Assembly: GCA_003598085.1 (NCBI GenBank)
Contig: QZKU01000145.1
Span: 9,123 to 73,122, forward strand
DNA length: 64,000 bases
Direction of reading: 5' to 3'
Source of the DNA: Candidatus Abyssobacteria bacterium SURF_5
GTDB taxonomy: Bacteria > Abyssobacteria > SURF-5
Position numbers and translations under genes: made by a program. Below the pieces are notes generated by a model. It was given only the letters and a program-made list of their open reading frames with translations, did no database searches and was not told the origin of the DNA. Positions 57,301 to 64,000 of this stretch are shown here, piece after piece. The first letter of the stretch is position 1; the number at the start of each line of letters is the position of its first letter.

Positions 57301-59533
57301 GCGCTTCCTCAAATTGTCTTCCTATTTCCTCCGCGCGCGCTTCGGCCTCTTCCGCTTCCGCTTTTGCCTGGTTCAGAATCTCTTCGTTCCTTTGCAGCTT
57401 GGCGGTGGCTTCCTCGAGCGATTTCGAGAGGTTCTGCTCAGAAGCCTCTTTCTCTTTCAGGACAGCCTTCAACTGTTCGATCTCGTCGTTCAGCTCGGCC
57501 GCCAGCATCTTCCGTTGCTCGCGTGTCTCCTTCAGGACCGCTTCCTGCTTCTTGCGTTCCAACTCCGCCGCATGCAACTCGTCATCCAGCTTCTTCACCT
57601 GCTCATGAAACGCTCGAATACGCTCTGCATCCTCTCGTTCCTTGAGCAGGAGAGCCTGCTCGCGTTCCGACACATGATTCTGCAGCTTCAGGTTTTCGGA
57701 AGCCAATTCCTCAAGTTTCTTGCTTTTTTCGCCGATCTCCCGTTCATGCTGCTCCACCATCGATTTCGAGGAAGCGAGTTCCGCAGTGATTTCCGAGAGG
57801 TCCTGTTTCATCTTCTCGCGTTCGGAGCGCACTCGCTCGAGCTCCTCGCGCGCGCGCTGATGGTTCTGAGAGACTTCTTTCAGGCGCTCCTCGATCTCAG
57901 CACTAGCGGATTCCGCCGCACTCGCGCGCTTCGACAGCGTGGCGTTTTTTTGTTCCCGCGATTGGGAAAGTGCGCGTTCGGCCTCGAGCGCCTGCGAGAG
58001 AGCGTTGATCTCCTCCTGCAACTGCTGCTCCCGAGCGGCCGCCTCCGAGAGCTTGGCGGAACTCTCCTCCGTCCTCTGCGCCCGAATGTGTTCAAGGTTG
58101 TCCTCGAGTTCCTTGATGCGAGCGTTTAATTGCTCCGCCGCCTTCTTGAGCAGCTCGTTCTCTTCGCGCGTCTCTGCATAGCTATCCTCGAGGTCCAACT
58201 TCTCTCTTTGCTCCTTCGAGCTGCGCTTTTCACGCTCCTCTCGAAGCAGCACAAGTTTTTCGTCTTTGTCCTCGAGCTGGATTTTCAGGGCGAGCAGATC
58301 ATCTTCTTTTTCTTTCTGCAGTTGCTCGATTCGGGCTTGCAGGGCCTGCAATTTCTGCTCCGCCTGCTTCTGGTGGTCTGCGTGGAGGGCAAGATCGCTG
58401 AAATTCTTTTTCAGCAGTTGCTCCAGCTCCGAAATTCGTGCTTCTTTTTCCGACAGAGCCGCGTCGCGATCCCTCAGGGCCTCCTCGGCGCGCTCTTCCC
58501 GCTCTTTCAGCTCCTTCGACAACTGGGCGATTTCGCTCGAGATAACCTTGCCCTGTGATTTCAGCAGATTATTTTTCTCGTCAAGCTCTCCCTTGATCTT
58601 CTTTAATCTCAAGGTGAGCGAAGCATTGTCAGCGGCAGTCGCCTTCTCACGAGCCGCAAGTTCTTCAATCTGGCGCTGCATCTGCTGAACGATTTCATCA
58701 TGCGAGCTCAATTTCTGCTCGTACTCGCGCAAGGTGACCTGGAGACCGTCCTCGTGTTTCTTCGCCTGGCGCTGCATCCACGTGCTGAGAATCTCCTCCG
58801 TCGTGGCAGTATCCTTCTGCTCGCCCGCCTGCTCGCGAATGGCGGATAGAAATTCCGCCACCTTCTCCTTCGTGAGGGGCTGGCGATTGAGCGTGGAGAA
58901 GGTCTTGAGGTGGCCGGGCAACCGTTTCAGGTAAGCCGAATTCTTCCCGGCCTCCTTCATCAGCATCTGCATAACATCGAGATCAAGCTCCAGGTCCAGA
59001 CGAGCACACTCGCTCTTCAAAATCTTGAGGCGCGTTTCCGGAAGCGGCGGCACGAGGTGCGCGTCGATTCCGCCGCGGAGCCTGCTGAGAAACCGCTTGT
59101 CGAACCCGCGCAGGTCCTTGATCGGAACCGAAGACGCCAGCAGAATCTGCTTTCCGCTGTCTACAAAGGAATTGAAGAGGGAAGAAAACTTGTCTTTGGC
59201 GGCGGGAACATCCAGAATCCGCTCGAAATCATCGACAATCAGAAAGTCCTTTCGAACGAGTTCACGGGCCAACGCTTCATCGGAAGACGCACCGTTTCCG
59301 AATACCTGCTCGACCGTGTCTTCTTCAGATACAAAAAGCAGGGATATCTCGGGATGCGCCCGGGACAATTCGGTGCTTACCGCGGTAAGCAGATGCGTTT
59401 TTCCGGAACCCGCCTCGCCGTGGATCAGCAGAGGCGAGTATCCTTTTTCGAGATTGACGACCGCTTTACACAGAGCGACGGCAAATTTGTTGGAATCGTC
59501 GACCTCGAATGAATCAAGCATAACTTCAGGCAC
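54389..59533 (-). CDS. Giant (about 1715 aa) protein: N-terminal DnaA-type AAA+ module, about 1000-aa coiled coil, second DnaA-type AAA+ module and a third degenerate one at the C-terminus
   Basis: N-terminal module: LLIHGEAGSGKTHLL (Walker A), FLIVDDFERI (Walker B), and RFLSRLRGGIDAHLVPPLPETRLKILK, which matches the DnaA box VI-VII region. Residues 270-1300 or so are E/K/L/Q-rich heptads. Second module: Walker A CIYGQSGAGKTHIM at about 55376-55402, then LLILDDFE. The C-terminal segment LVMEDD...VILIDDCDSV has no P-loop. The start was taken at the GTG at 59533, which has a GGAGGA ribosome-binding site; the track start at 59629 overlaps tldD by about 100 nt. Confidence 0.85.
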   Translation of the reverse strand: MPEVMLDSFEVDDSNKFAVALCKAVVNLEKGYSPLLIHGEAGSGKTHLLTAVSTELSRAHPEISLLFVSEEDTVEQVFGNGASSDEALARELVRKDFLIVDDFERILDVPAAKDKFSSLFNSFVDSGKQILLASSVPIKDLRGFDKRFLSRLRGGIDAHLVPPLPETRLKILKSECARLDLELDLDVMQMLMKEAGKNSAYLKRLPGHLKTFSTLNRQPLTKEKVAEFLSAIREQAGEQKDTATTEEILSTWMQRQAKKHEDGLQVTLREYEQKLSSHDEIVQQMQRQIEELAAREKATAADNASLTLRLKKIKGELDEKNNLLKSQGKVISSEIAQLSKELKEREERAEEALRDRDAALSEKEARISELEQLLKKNFSDLALHADHQKQAEQKLQALQARIEQLQKEKEDDLLALKIQLEDKDEKLVLLREEREKRSSKEQREKLDLEDSYAETREENELLKKAAEQLNARIKELEDNLEHIRAQRTEESSAKLSEAAAREQQLQEEINALSQALEAERALSQSREQKNATLSKRASAAESASAEIEERLKEVSQNHQRAREELERVRSEREKMKQDLSEITAELASSKSMVEQHEREIGEKSKKLEELASENLKLQNHVSEREQALLLKEREDAERIRAFHEQVKKLDDELHAAELERKKQEAVLKETREQRKMLAAELNDEIEQLKAVLKEKEASEQNLSKSLEEATAKLQRNEEILNQAKAEAEEAEARAEEIGRQFEEAQKSWEERLERQRDELALHEKDLAEKIAASQREVQESAGIIKRLKTHVSDLEDRVRQRDQLLDAKEKGEAEHILKLKDELKRRNDELQKTFEDIVAANERGDEFERRVSELAHELAAVKEERQQAEDSSAAARDLFDKQIQEARERASELETQLTQRNEQVREFESRLGDYERRIQSSEEALAALRAELAAAENEKASLAAKEQEVAARVEEVTHEAEAAVQAAGERLQEARVQLREAQAREGELLSRFEQEKAALTERLERQRLESTAREKAHSDASSAAELEMKSLSEQVQKLKKKMNEAQQDLERQVELRELAEQDAARLATLIEEKDLRVAESQKALEALRESFSQSTAQGAEAQGHFSALEKELTAKERALAAVRHDYSELQVDYDKLRAEMVKAEKSGSKLQSEKKKTEQALKSRDDQIKALQEELTKLRAQVEQEDAGALARIQELERITAKKDDMLQAAEQRGRESAREIVASKDKEIERLSAAQKEAARSLEEHAQTADAQLAKVRQEYEELLLRQRKENDVLRGRLTTLEHEQASQPDSAKLPTAAEQEADVSPPPASAEEPAADASDAQAEPEEPAGDVQFEPVEWLHDFAGFRGSEANSFTITMAEKIAKSPGTLYNPLCIYGQSGAGKTHIMHALGLLATKQNPKLSAVVISLGSLIERMKRERENLEKWPRSLRLLILDDFEISDVPREIQASLYGLLSAMLKSGTQIVIASEVPPIKMQSIEESMLHFIEAGLLAKLEVDAQVQEEQKEAIEAFVHVARIPFAGQQEKQEAETRAAETAPSPEPAAPEVKKDFFEEFLQANTALTSANFQGKELFEEFEEIFKNPNKRWRNKFPLLVMEDDRQRRNHFFNALAHRLQGVFTGPVSSLSIERLVTVLSKKQAFDWNGLLNRLIKSHVILIDDCDSVTKLPSSTFGYLRAIIDEVLGRDILLMIGMSKKYKKEPIFGAAVKRASKKKI

Positions 59534-60908
59534 TGGTTCCTCCGACCGTAATCCCTCGTATCCGAAGCGTCGGCTGTGCGTCGGAAACCGGGGCCCCCTG
59601 CCCGTCTTTTCCGCACGTTCCGAGGCCAAAACCGAGATCGTTGGCCACCATGTCTATTCCCGATAAAACCTTGAGCGAGTTTCCGATCAAAGACGCACCC
59701 CGAACCGGTTCCTTGATTTCCCCATTGCGGATCAGGTAGCCCTCGCTTACCTCAAACATGAAATCCCCGCTCACCGTGTTCACCTGTCCGCCGCCCATCC
59801 GCCGCACGAACAGACCTTTGTCGGTCGCTGATATGACATCCTCCGGGCGCGCACCGCCGGGAACAATCAAGGTGTTCGTCATGCGGGGGATCGGCCGGTG
59901 GCGGTACGACTCGCGACGTCCGTTGCCCGTGGAGGCACGGCCCTCCTTGCGCGCGCCAATGACGTCGTACAGGTAGCTCTTCAAAACTCCATTCTCCACG
60001 AGCACCGTGCGCTCGGCCGGCGTCCCCTCGTCGTCCACCTTGAACGTGCCCCGCCTCCGCGGGATCGTGGCATCGTCGTGCACCGAAACCGATTCCGAAG
60101 CGATCCGCTGTCCGATCTTGCCCGCAAACACCGAGAGACCCTTCTGCACCAGGTCGGCCTCAAGACCGTGCCCGACCGCCTCGTGGATCATCGTTCCGCC
60201 GGCTTCGGCGCCGACAACAACGGGCATGATACCCGTCGGCGCCGGCGATGCGTCCAGCATTCGCAGCGCCTGCTCGGCCGCTGTTCGCGCCACCTTCGCG
60301 GGGGTCGTATCTTCAAACATCTCGAATCCCATTGTCCCGCCGACCGGCTCGTAGCCCGTCTGAATAAGGTCTCCTCGCTTTGCGACCGAATGCACAAGAA
60401 AGATGATGTGGTCGCGCTCATCGGTCACGAGCAGACCGCTGGAGTTCGCGATGATGACGCGCTGCCGCGAGTCACCATACCGAACGAGTACCTGCACAAC
60501 CTCTTTGCCGGCGCTCCATGCGGTTTCGTTCGCTTCCAGCACCTTCGAGACTTTTTCACTCGCAGGAACCGCCGACGGATACTTTATCCTCTTCTTCTCG
60601 AAGCTCACCTTGACGGCTTCGGGAAAGGTGTATTTTTGAACCGGCGCACGGATGCCTTTGCTCACCCGCTCGGCCAGATCCCGCAAGGCCGCCGCCGTCA
60701 ACTGGTTGGTGGAAGCATATGCGGTCATATCTCCCACAACCACACGCAGACCGGCGCCACGATCGGTTCCGCTGATTACGCGCTCTATCTTGTTCGCTTC
60801 ACAACCGATCGAAACGGAAAACCGTTCCTCAATGAAAAGCTCTGCAAAATCTCCGCCATTTTTCAGCGCTAACTGCAAAATCTTTGGAATTTCCCGAACT
60901 ATTTTCAT
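59526..60908 (-). CDS. tldD: TldD-family metalloprotease
   Basis: 460 aa. HEAVGHGLE (HExxxH) is typical of TldD rather than PmbA. An AAGGAG ribosome-binding site is present. Confidence 0.85.
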   Translation of the reverse strand: MKIVREIPKILQLALKNGGDFAELFIEERFSVSIGCEANKIERVISGTDRGAGLRVVVGDMTAYASTNQLTAAALRDLAERVSKGIRAPVQKYTFPEAVKVSFEKKRIKYPSAVPASEKVSKVLEANETAWSAGKEVVQVLVRYGDSRQRVIIANSSGLLVTDERDHIIFLVHSVAKRGDLIQTGYEPVGGTMGFEMFEDTTPAKVARTAAEQALRMLDASPAPTGIMPVVVGAEAGGTMIHEAVGHGLEADLVQKGLSVFAGKIGQRIASESVSVHDDATIPRRRGTFKVDDEGTPAERTVLVENGVLKSYLYDVIGARKEGRASTGNGRRESYRHRPIPRMTNTLIVPGGARPEDVISATDKGLFVRRMGGGQVNTVSGDFMFEVSEGYLIRNGEIKEPVRGASLIGNSLKVLSGIDMVANDLGFGLGTCGKDGQGAPVSDAQPTLRIRGITVGGTSA

Positions 60909-60942
60909 ATGCGGTTACTCCTTTTTGGGATGGTAATGGTCA

Positions 60943-60971
60943 ATTATAGAAACGCTTCTTCGGGAAGTCAA
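60943..60971 (-). promoter_or_regulatory. Sigma-70 promoter (minus strand TTGACT-17 bp-TATAAT) driving tldD and downstream genes
   Basis: Reverse complement: -35 TTGACT at 60971-60966, a 17-nt spacer, and -10 TATAAT at 60948-60943. It lies about 35 nt upstream of the tldD ATG. Confidence 0.55.
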
Positions 60972-61143
60972 GATAACCACCCTTGCTTCATGTATAACTC
61001 TCGCATGCTTATAGTCTTATGAGGCAAAGGGCTCATGAAGAAGGCGGCTCCTCAGATCGACTACCATAGTTTAACACCGCGCCCCCGCCGTAAATACGTG
61101 AGGGGCAAAAAATGCCTAATTTCCGGGCACTGCCGGAATCTGC

Positions 61144-61172
61144 TTGACATAAAAGGGCTTCTGCGGTAAAAA
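61144..61172 (+). promoter_or_regulatory. Sigma-70-like promoter TTGACA-17 bp-TAAAAA upstream of ilvD
   Basis: -35 TTGACA at 61144-61149 and -10 TAAAAA at 61167-61172, with a roughly 125-nt leader. Confidence 0.4.
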
Positions 61173-61298
61173 TTGTACGAAATTGTTTTCCAAAGTGTAT
61201 CCTCAGGCGCACGGTTTGCCGATACTCCTCCTTCTCTTCATGGGGCCGTTTTGCCCTCTTCAGTGGGGGAGGGATGCCCCGGCGAAAGGGATAATCTG

Positions 61299-62915
61299 AT
61301 GGTGAAGAAGAGACAGAGCAGCGTCCTCCTCGAGAATGTCGATCGGACGGCGACCGCACTCGTGCGCCGCGAGCTCCTGAAATGTATCGGACTGACCGAA
61401 GAAGAGATGAAGCGTCCGCTTGTCGGGGTCGTGAATTCCTGGACCGAGTTGACCCCCGGCCATCTTCACCTGCGCGAGGTGGCCGAGGCAGTCAAAGCGG
61501 GCGTTCGCATCGGAGGCGGAACGCCGCTTGAATTCAATACGCCGGCCCCGTGCGACGGGTACGGCAACGGCCTCGATGGGATGAAGTATGTCTTGCCACT
61601 GCGCGACCTGATCGCCGATTCCGTCGAGACAATGGTGCTCGCGCATCATCTGGATGCCCTCGTATTTATCTCCTCATGCGACAAGATCGTGCCGGCCCAC
61701 CTCCTTGCAGCGGCCCGGCTGGATCTGCCCTCCGTATTCGTTACCGGCGGCCCGATGCTCCCCTTCGACCTGTTCTTGCCGAAGGACGCGCCCCGAATTC
61801 TCAGCCAACTGGTCTGCCCGTCCTCCGGCGCATGTCCCGGAATGGGAACCGCCAATACCATGCAGTTTCTGGTCGAAGCCCTGGGAATGAGCCTTCCGGC
61901 CTCCGCGACAACCCATGCCGTGCAATCCGAGAAAATCGTGCAGGCCAAGCAGAGCGGAATGCTGGTGATGAAGGCGCTCGAAGCCGGCCTCAGCCCGCGC
62001 GCCGTCATGACGCGGCAGGCCCTTGAAAACGCGGTCTCCGTGCAGATGGCCTCCGGCGGATCGACCAACGCCGTCCTGCACGTGCTCGCGCTCGCCGATG
62101 AGCTCGGAATCGAATTCGATATCTCGGAATATAACCTCTTCTCACAACGCGTGCCGCATATCTGCGGAGGACTGCCGTCCGGACCGTATTCGATTCTGGA
62201 TATTCACAAGGCCGGCGGCGTGCCGGCTATCATGATTCAGCTTGGCGACCTGATTCACGGCGACGCGCTCACGGTAACCGGAAGAACAGTAGCCGACAAC
62301 CTGGTGGGCAAATGGGCGCTTGATGAGGAAGTCATCCGCCCGCGCTCGAACCCATTTCATGCCGAGGGCGGAATCGCCATTTTGCGGGGCAATCTGGCGC
62401 CCGACAGCGCCGTCGTCAAACAAAGCGGCGTGCCGGAATCGATGCTGGTTTTTCGGGGACCTGCGCGCATTTTCGAGAATGAGGCCGAATCGGTTGAGGC
62501 CGCGCTGAATCGCGTGTTCCAGCCCGGCGAAGTCATCGTCATCCGCAACGAAGGCCCGAGGGGCGGGCCGGGCATGCGCGAGATACTCACCGTGACCGAA
62601 CAGTTATTCCAGATGGGACTCGAGGAGCAGGTCGCAATCATCACCGACGCCCGCTTCTCGGGTTTCACCCGCGGCCCCGCCATCGGACACGTTTGTCCCG
62701 AGGCCTACGAAGGCGGGCCGCTGGCCGCCGTCAGAAACGGCGACTTCATTAAAATCGATATACCGGCGCGGACCGTCGATGTCGAGATATCGCGAGAGGA
62801 GATGGATAAGCGGCTGCGCCAATGGAAAAGGCCGGAGAGGAATCTGAAGGGCTATCTCGCAAAATATGCTGCCCTCGTTTCGCCCGCATATCGAGGAGCG
62901 GTGGTAAAGGTCTGA
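61299..62915 (+). CDS. ilvD: IlvD/EDD-family dehydratase, most likely dihydroxy-acid dehydratase
   Basis: NSWTELTPGHLHL, SSCDKIVPA (the Fe-S Cys), and the CPGMGTANT and SGG motifs. The start was taken at the ATG at 61299 (MVKKRQ...) rather than the track's upstream ATG at 61173. Confidence 0.85.
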   Translation: MVKKRQSSVLLENVDRTATALVRRELLKCIGLTEEEMKRPLVGVVNSWTELTPGHLHLREVAEAVKAGVRIGGGTPLEFNTPAPCDGYGNGLDGMKYVLPLRDLIADSVETMVLAHHLDALVFISSCDKIVPAHLLAAARLDLPSVFVTGGPMLPFDLFLPKDAPRILSQLVCPSSGACPGMGTANTMQFLVEALGMSLPASATTHAVQSEKIVQAKQSGMLVMKALEAGLSPRAVMTRQALENAVSVQMASGGSTNAVLHVLALADELGIEFDISEYNLFSQRVPHICGGLPSGPYSILDIHKAGGVPAIMIQLGDLIHGDALTVTGRTVADNLVGKWALDEEVIRPRSNPFHAEGGIAILRGNLAPDSAVVKQSGVPESMLVFRGPARIFENEAESVEAALNRVFQPGEVIVIRNEGPRGGPGMREILTVTEQLFQMGLEEQVAIITDARFSGFTRGPAIGHVCPEAYEGGPLAAVRNGDFIKIDIPARTVDVEISREEMDKRLRQWKRPERNLKGYLAKYAALVSPAYRGAVVKV

Positions 62916-62936
62916 ATACCATAAAGGAGACAACGA

Positions 62937-63218
62937 ATGGAACTGAAAAAAGTACTCGCCGGATGGAATAAAGTTTGCCCCGGTTGTAATATCGCCCGAA
63001 AATATCCAAAATCCTTTATCGGCCGAAAGGTGCGCGCTCACTGGGAGAACGGATGCCCGGTGCATGACGCGTACGTGGAGGTCTACGGCGCGAACGAGCC
63101 TACTTCGAAAAAGAAGGCATCAAGGAAAAACGCGCCGAAGAAAAAAGTCGCGGCCAAGGCCGGCGCCGGCAATCCGGGCAAACCACAGGCAAAAGGTGGA
63201 CAGAAGAAAAAGAAATGA
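62937..63218 (+). CDS. Small basic protein: N-terminal Cys/His metal-binding-like motif (CPGC...HWENGCPVH) plus lysine-rich histone-H1-like tail
   Basis: 93 aa. A GGAGA ribosome-binding site is present. The tail reads KKKASRKNAPKKKVAAKAGAGNPGKPQAKGGQKKKK. It lies 22 nt after ilvD. Confidence 0.55.
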   Translation: MELKKVLAGWNKVCPGCNIARKYPKSFIGRKVRAHWENGCPVHDAYVEVYGANEPTSKKKASRKNAPKKKVAAKAGAGNPGKPQAKGGQKKKK

Positions 63219-63251
63219 TTACCCTGACGTAAGGGGGAGAATTCGCAAGGT

Positions 63252-63270
63252 CTCGCCCGTTTCCCAGACG
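63252..63270. terminator. Hairpin GCCCGT-ttcccag-ACGGGC between convergent genes (possible bidirectional terminator, no clear U-tract)
   Basis: Seen directly in the sequence between the stop at 63218 and the convergent stop at 63276. Confidence 0.3.
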
Positions 63271-63275
63271 GGCCC

Positions 63276-64000
63276 TTAGAGAAAATCCTCGAGGCCCCGC
63301 TTCTTCAGTTCATCGACGACTCGGCGGACGTCGGGCGCGCGCTCCTTCTTGCATACCAGCAGCGCGTCCTCCGTCTCGATGATAACGATGTCTTCGAGCC
63401 CGATGACCGCCACCAGCTTCTTGGTGCTGTGAATGATGTTTCCGGTGGATTCAATTGAAACGACCTTGGCGTCGAGGAAATTGTTGTCCTTATCCTTCGG
63501 CCAGATCTGCTCCATCGCAGCCCAACTGCCGATATCGTTCCAGCCGAAGTCGCCTTTGAGCAGAGCCACGTCGCTTGATTTTTCCATAACGCCGAAGTCG
63601 ATCGACTCGGCTTTGAGCGACGGATAAATCTTCTCGATCGTCTTTTCTTCGCTTCCCTTGCCGATCGCGCTCTCTATTTTCATCAGGCCCTCATACAGAT
63701 CGGGCAGGTGAACCTTGATCTGTTCGAGAATGACCGACACCTTCCACACGAACATGCCGCTGTTCCACATGTAGTGGCCGGTTTTCAAGAATTTTTGCGC
63801 CACCGCCTTGGTGGGTTTCTCGCGGAACGCGACAACCTTATAAATATTTTCCTCCTGCACCGAATCTATCTTGTGTCCGATCTGTATGTAACCGTAGCCG
63901 GTTTCGGGAAACGTGGGCTGGATGCCGATGGTAACCAGTTTGTCTTCCTTTTGCGCGAAAGCAACTGCGGCTCTTACTATTTTGCGGAACCGATCGGCGT
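63276..64000 (-). CDS. Mannose-1-phosphate guanylyltransferase-like nucleotidyltransferase, C-terminal part (N-terminus beyond window end)
   Basis: VVAFREKPTKAVAQKFLKTGHYMWNSGMFVWK is typical of the ManC/CpsB nucleotidyltransferase region. The frame stays open to position 64000. Confidence 0.75.
   Translation of the reverse strand, partial: ADRFRKIVRAAVAFAQKEDKLVTIGIQPTFPETGYGYIQIGHKIDSVQEENIYKVVAFREKPTKAVAQKFLKTGHYMWNSGMFVWKVSVILEQIKVHLPDLYEGLMKIESAIGKGSEEKTIEKIYPSLKAESIDFGVMEKSSDVALLKGDFGWNDIGSWAAMEQIWPKDKDNNFLDAKVVSIESTGNIIHSTKKLVAVIGLEDIVIIETEDALLVCKKERAPDVRRVVDELKKRGLEDFL

Noticed and set aside
54389-59629. ORF-track start at 59629 for the giant protein and at 19402 for the KAS
   Set aside because: Both upstream extensions overlap the preceding gene or lack a ribosome-binding site. 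The internal GTG starts at 59533 (GGAGGA) and 19438 (GAAGGAG) have good Shine-Dalgarno sequences. They also give N-termini matching family conventions, for example VNRRCVVTGLG for KAS.
1-64000. Mobile elements, integrases, transposase fragments, tRNA or rRNA genes, CRISPR-cas
   Set aside because: I found no transposase or integrase motifs, no terminal inverted repeats, no tRNA-like T-arm or anticodon-stem signatures in intergenic regions, and no rRNA-like conserved blocks. The window looks like core chromosome rather than an island. Base composition is uniformly about 60% GC except in short promoter regions.

Overview
This is a densely coding, roughly 60% GC bacterial chromosomal segment. I found no rRNA, tRNA, CRISPR array or mobile element. 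The gene content (Hdr/Mvh-type flavoprotein and Fe-S genes, heavy sigma-54 usage, LarB/LarC, many PAS/GAF kinases) suggests an anaerobic, Desulfobacterota-like organism; that placement is inference only.

Housekeeping genes, in order:
- a partial class-I aminotransferase
- a site-2 protease
- an FGGY sugar kinase
- an HMGL-family synthase (homocitrate/Re-citrate-synthase-like)
- lpxH and glnE
- an ABC-2 exporter with a periplasmic TPR-like protein
- a yggS-pheS-pheT-zapB-like-zapA operon
- an MBL-fold hydrolase
- ilvD
- a partial manC

Four regions deserve a second look:
1. A tightly coupled five-gene operon at about 19.2-29.2 kb. It runs from a consensus sigma-70 promoter through a FabF-like ketosynthase (KAS), a 7TM-GAF-PAS histidine kinase, a pseudo-kinase, a REC-HK-REC hybrid kinase and an MMPL/RND exporter. 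The ketosynthase keeps its active-site Cys but has lost both catalytic His residues. The pseudo-kinase has its phospho-His replaced by Gln and a degenerate receiver.
2. A 66-aa Gly-rich zinc-ribbon peptide encoded directly upstream of a radical-SAM enzyme (33.3-32.1 kb, minus strand). Next to it is a NifX-like/Cys-rich fusion protein and a stand-alone receiver, expressed from a near-consensus sigma-54 promoter.
3. A sigma-54-driven Hdr-like operon at 35.9-46.6 kb: HdrD-like, HdrL-like giant HdrA, MvhD, FrhB-like, a tandem HdrA fusion, HdrC, HdrB. A PAS histidine kinase, a receiver and a PAS-type sigma-54 activator follow it, and the activator has its own sigma-54 promoter.
4. A roughly 1715-aa protein at 59.5-54.4 kb, minus strand. 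It has DnaA-type AAA+ modules at both ends joined by about 1000 aa of coiled coil. It is co-operonic with tldD, larB, larC and coaD behind a consensus sigma-70 promoter.
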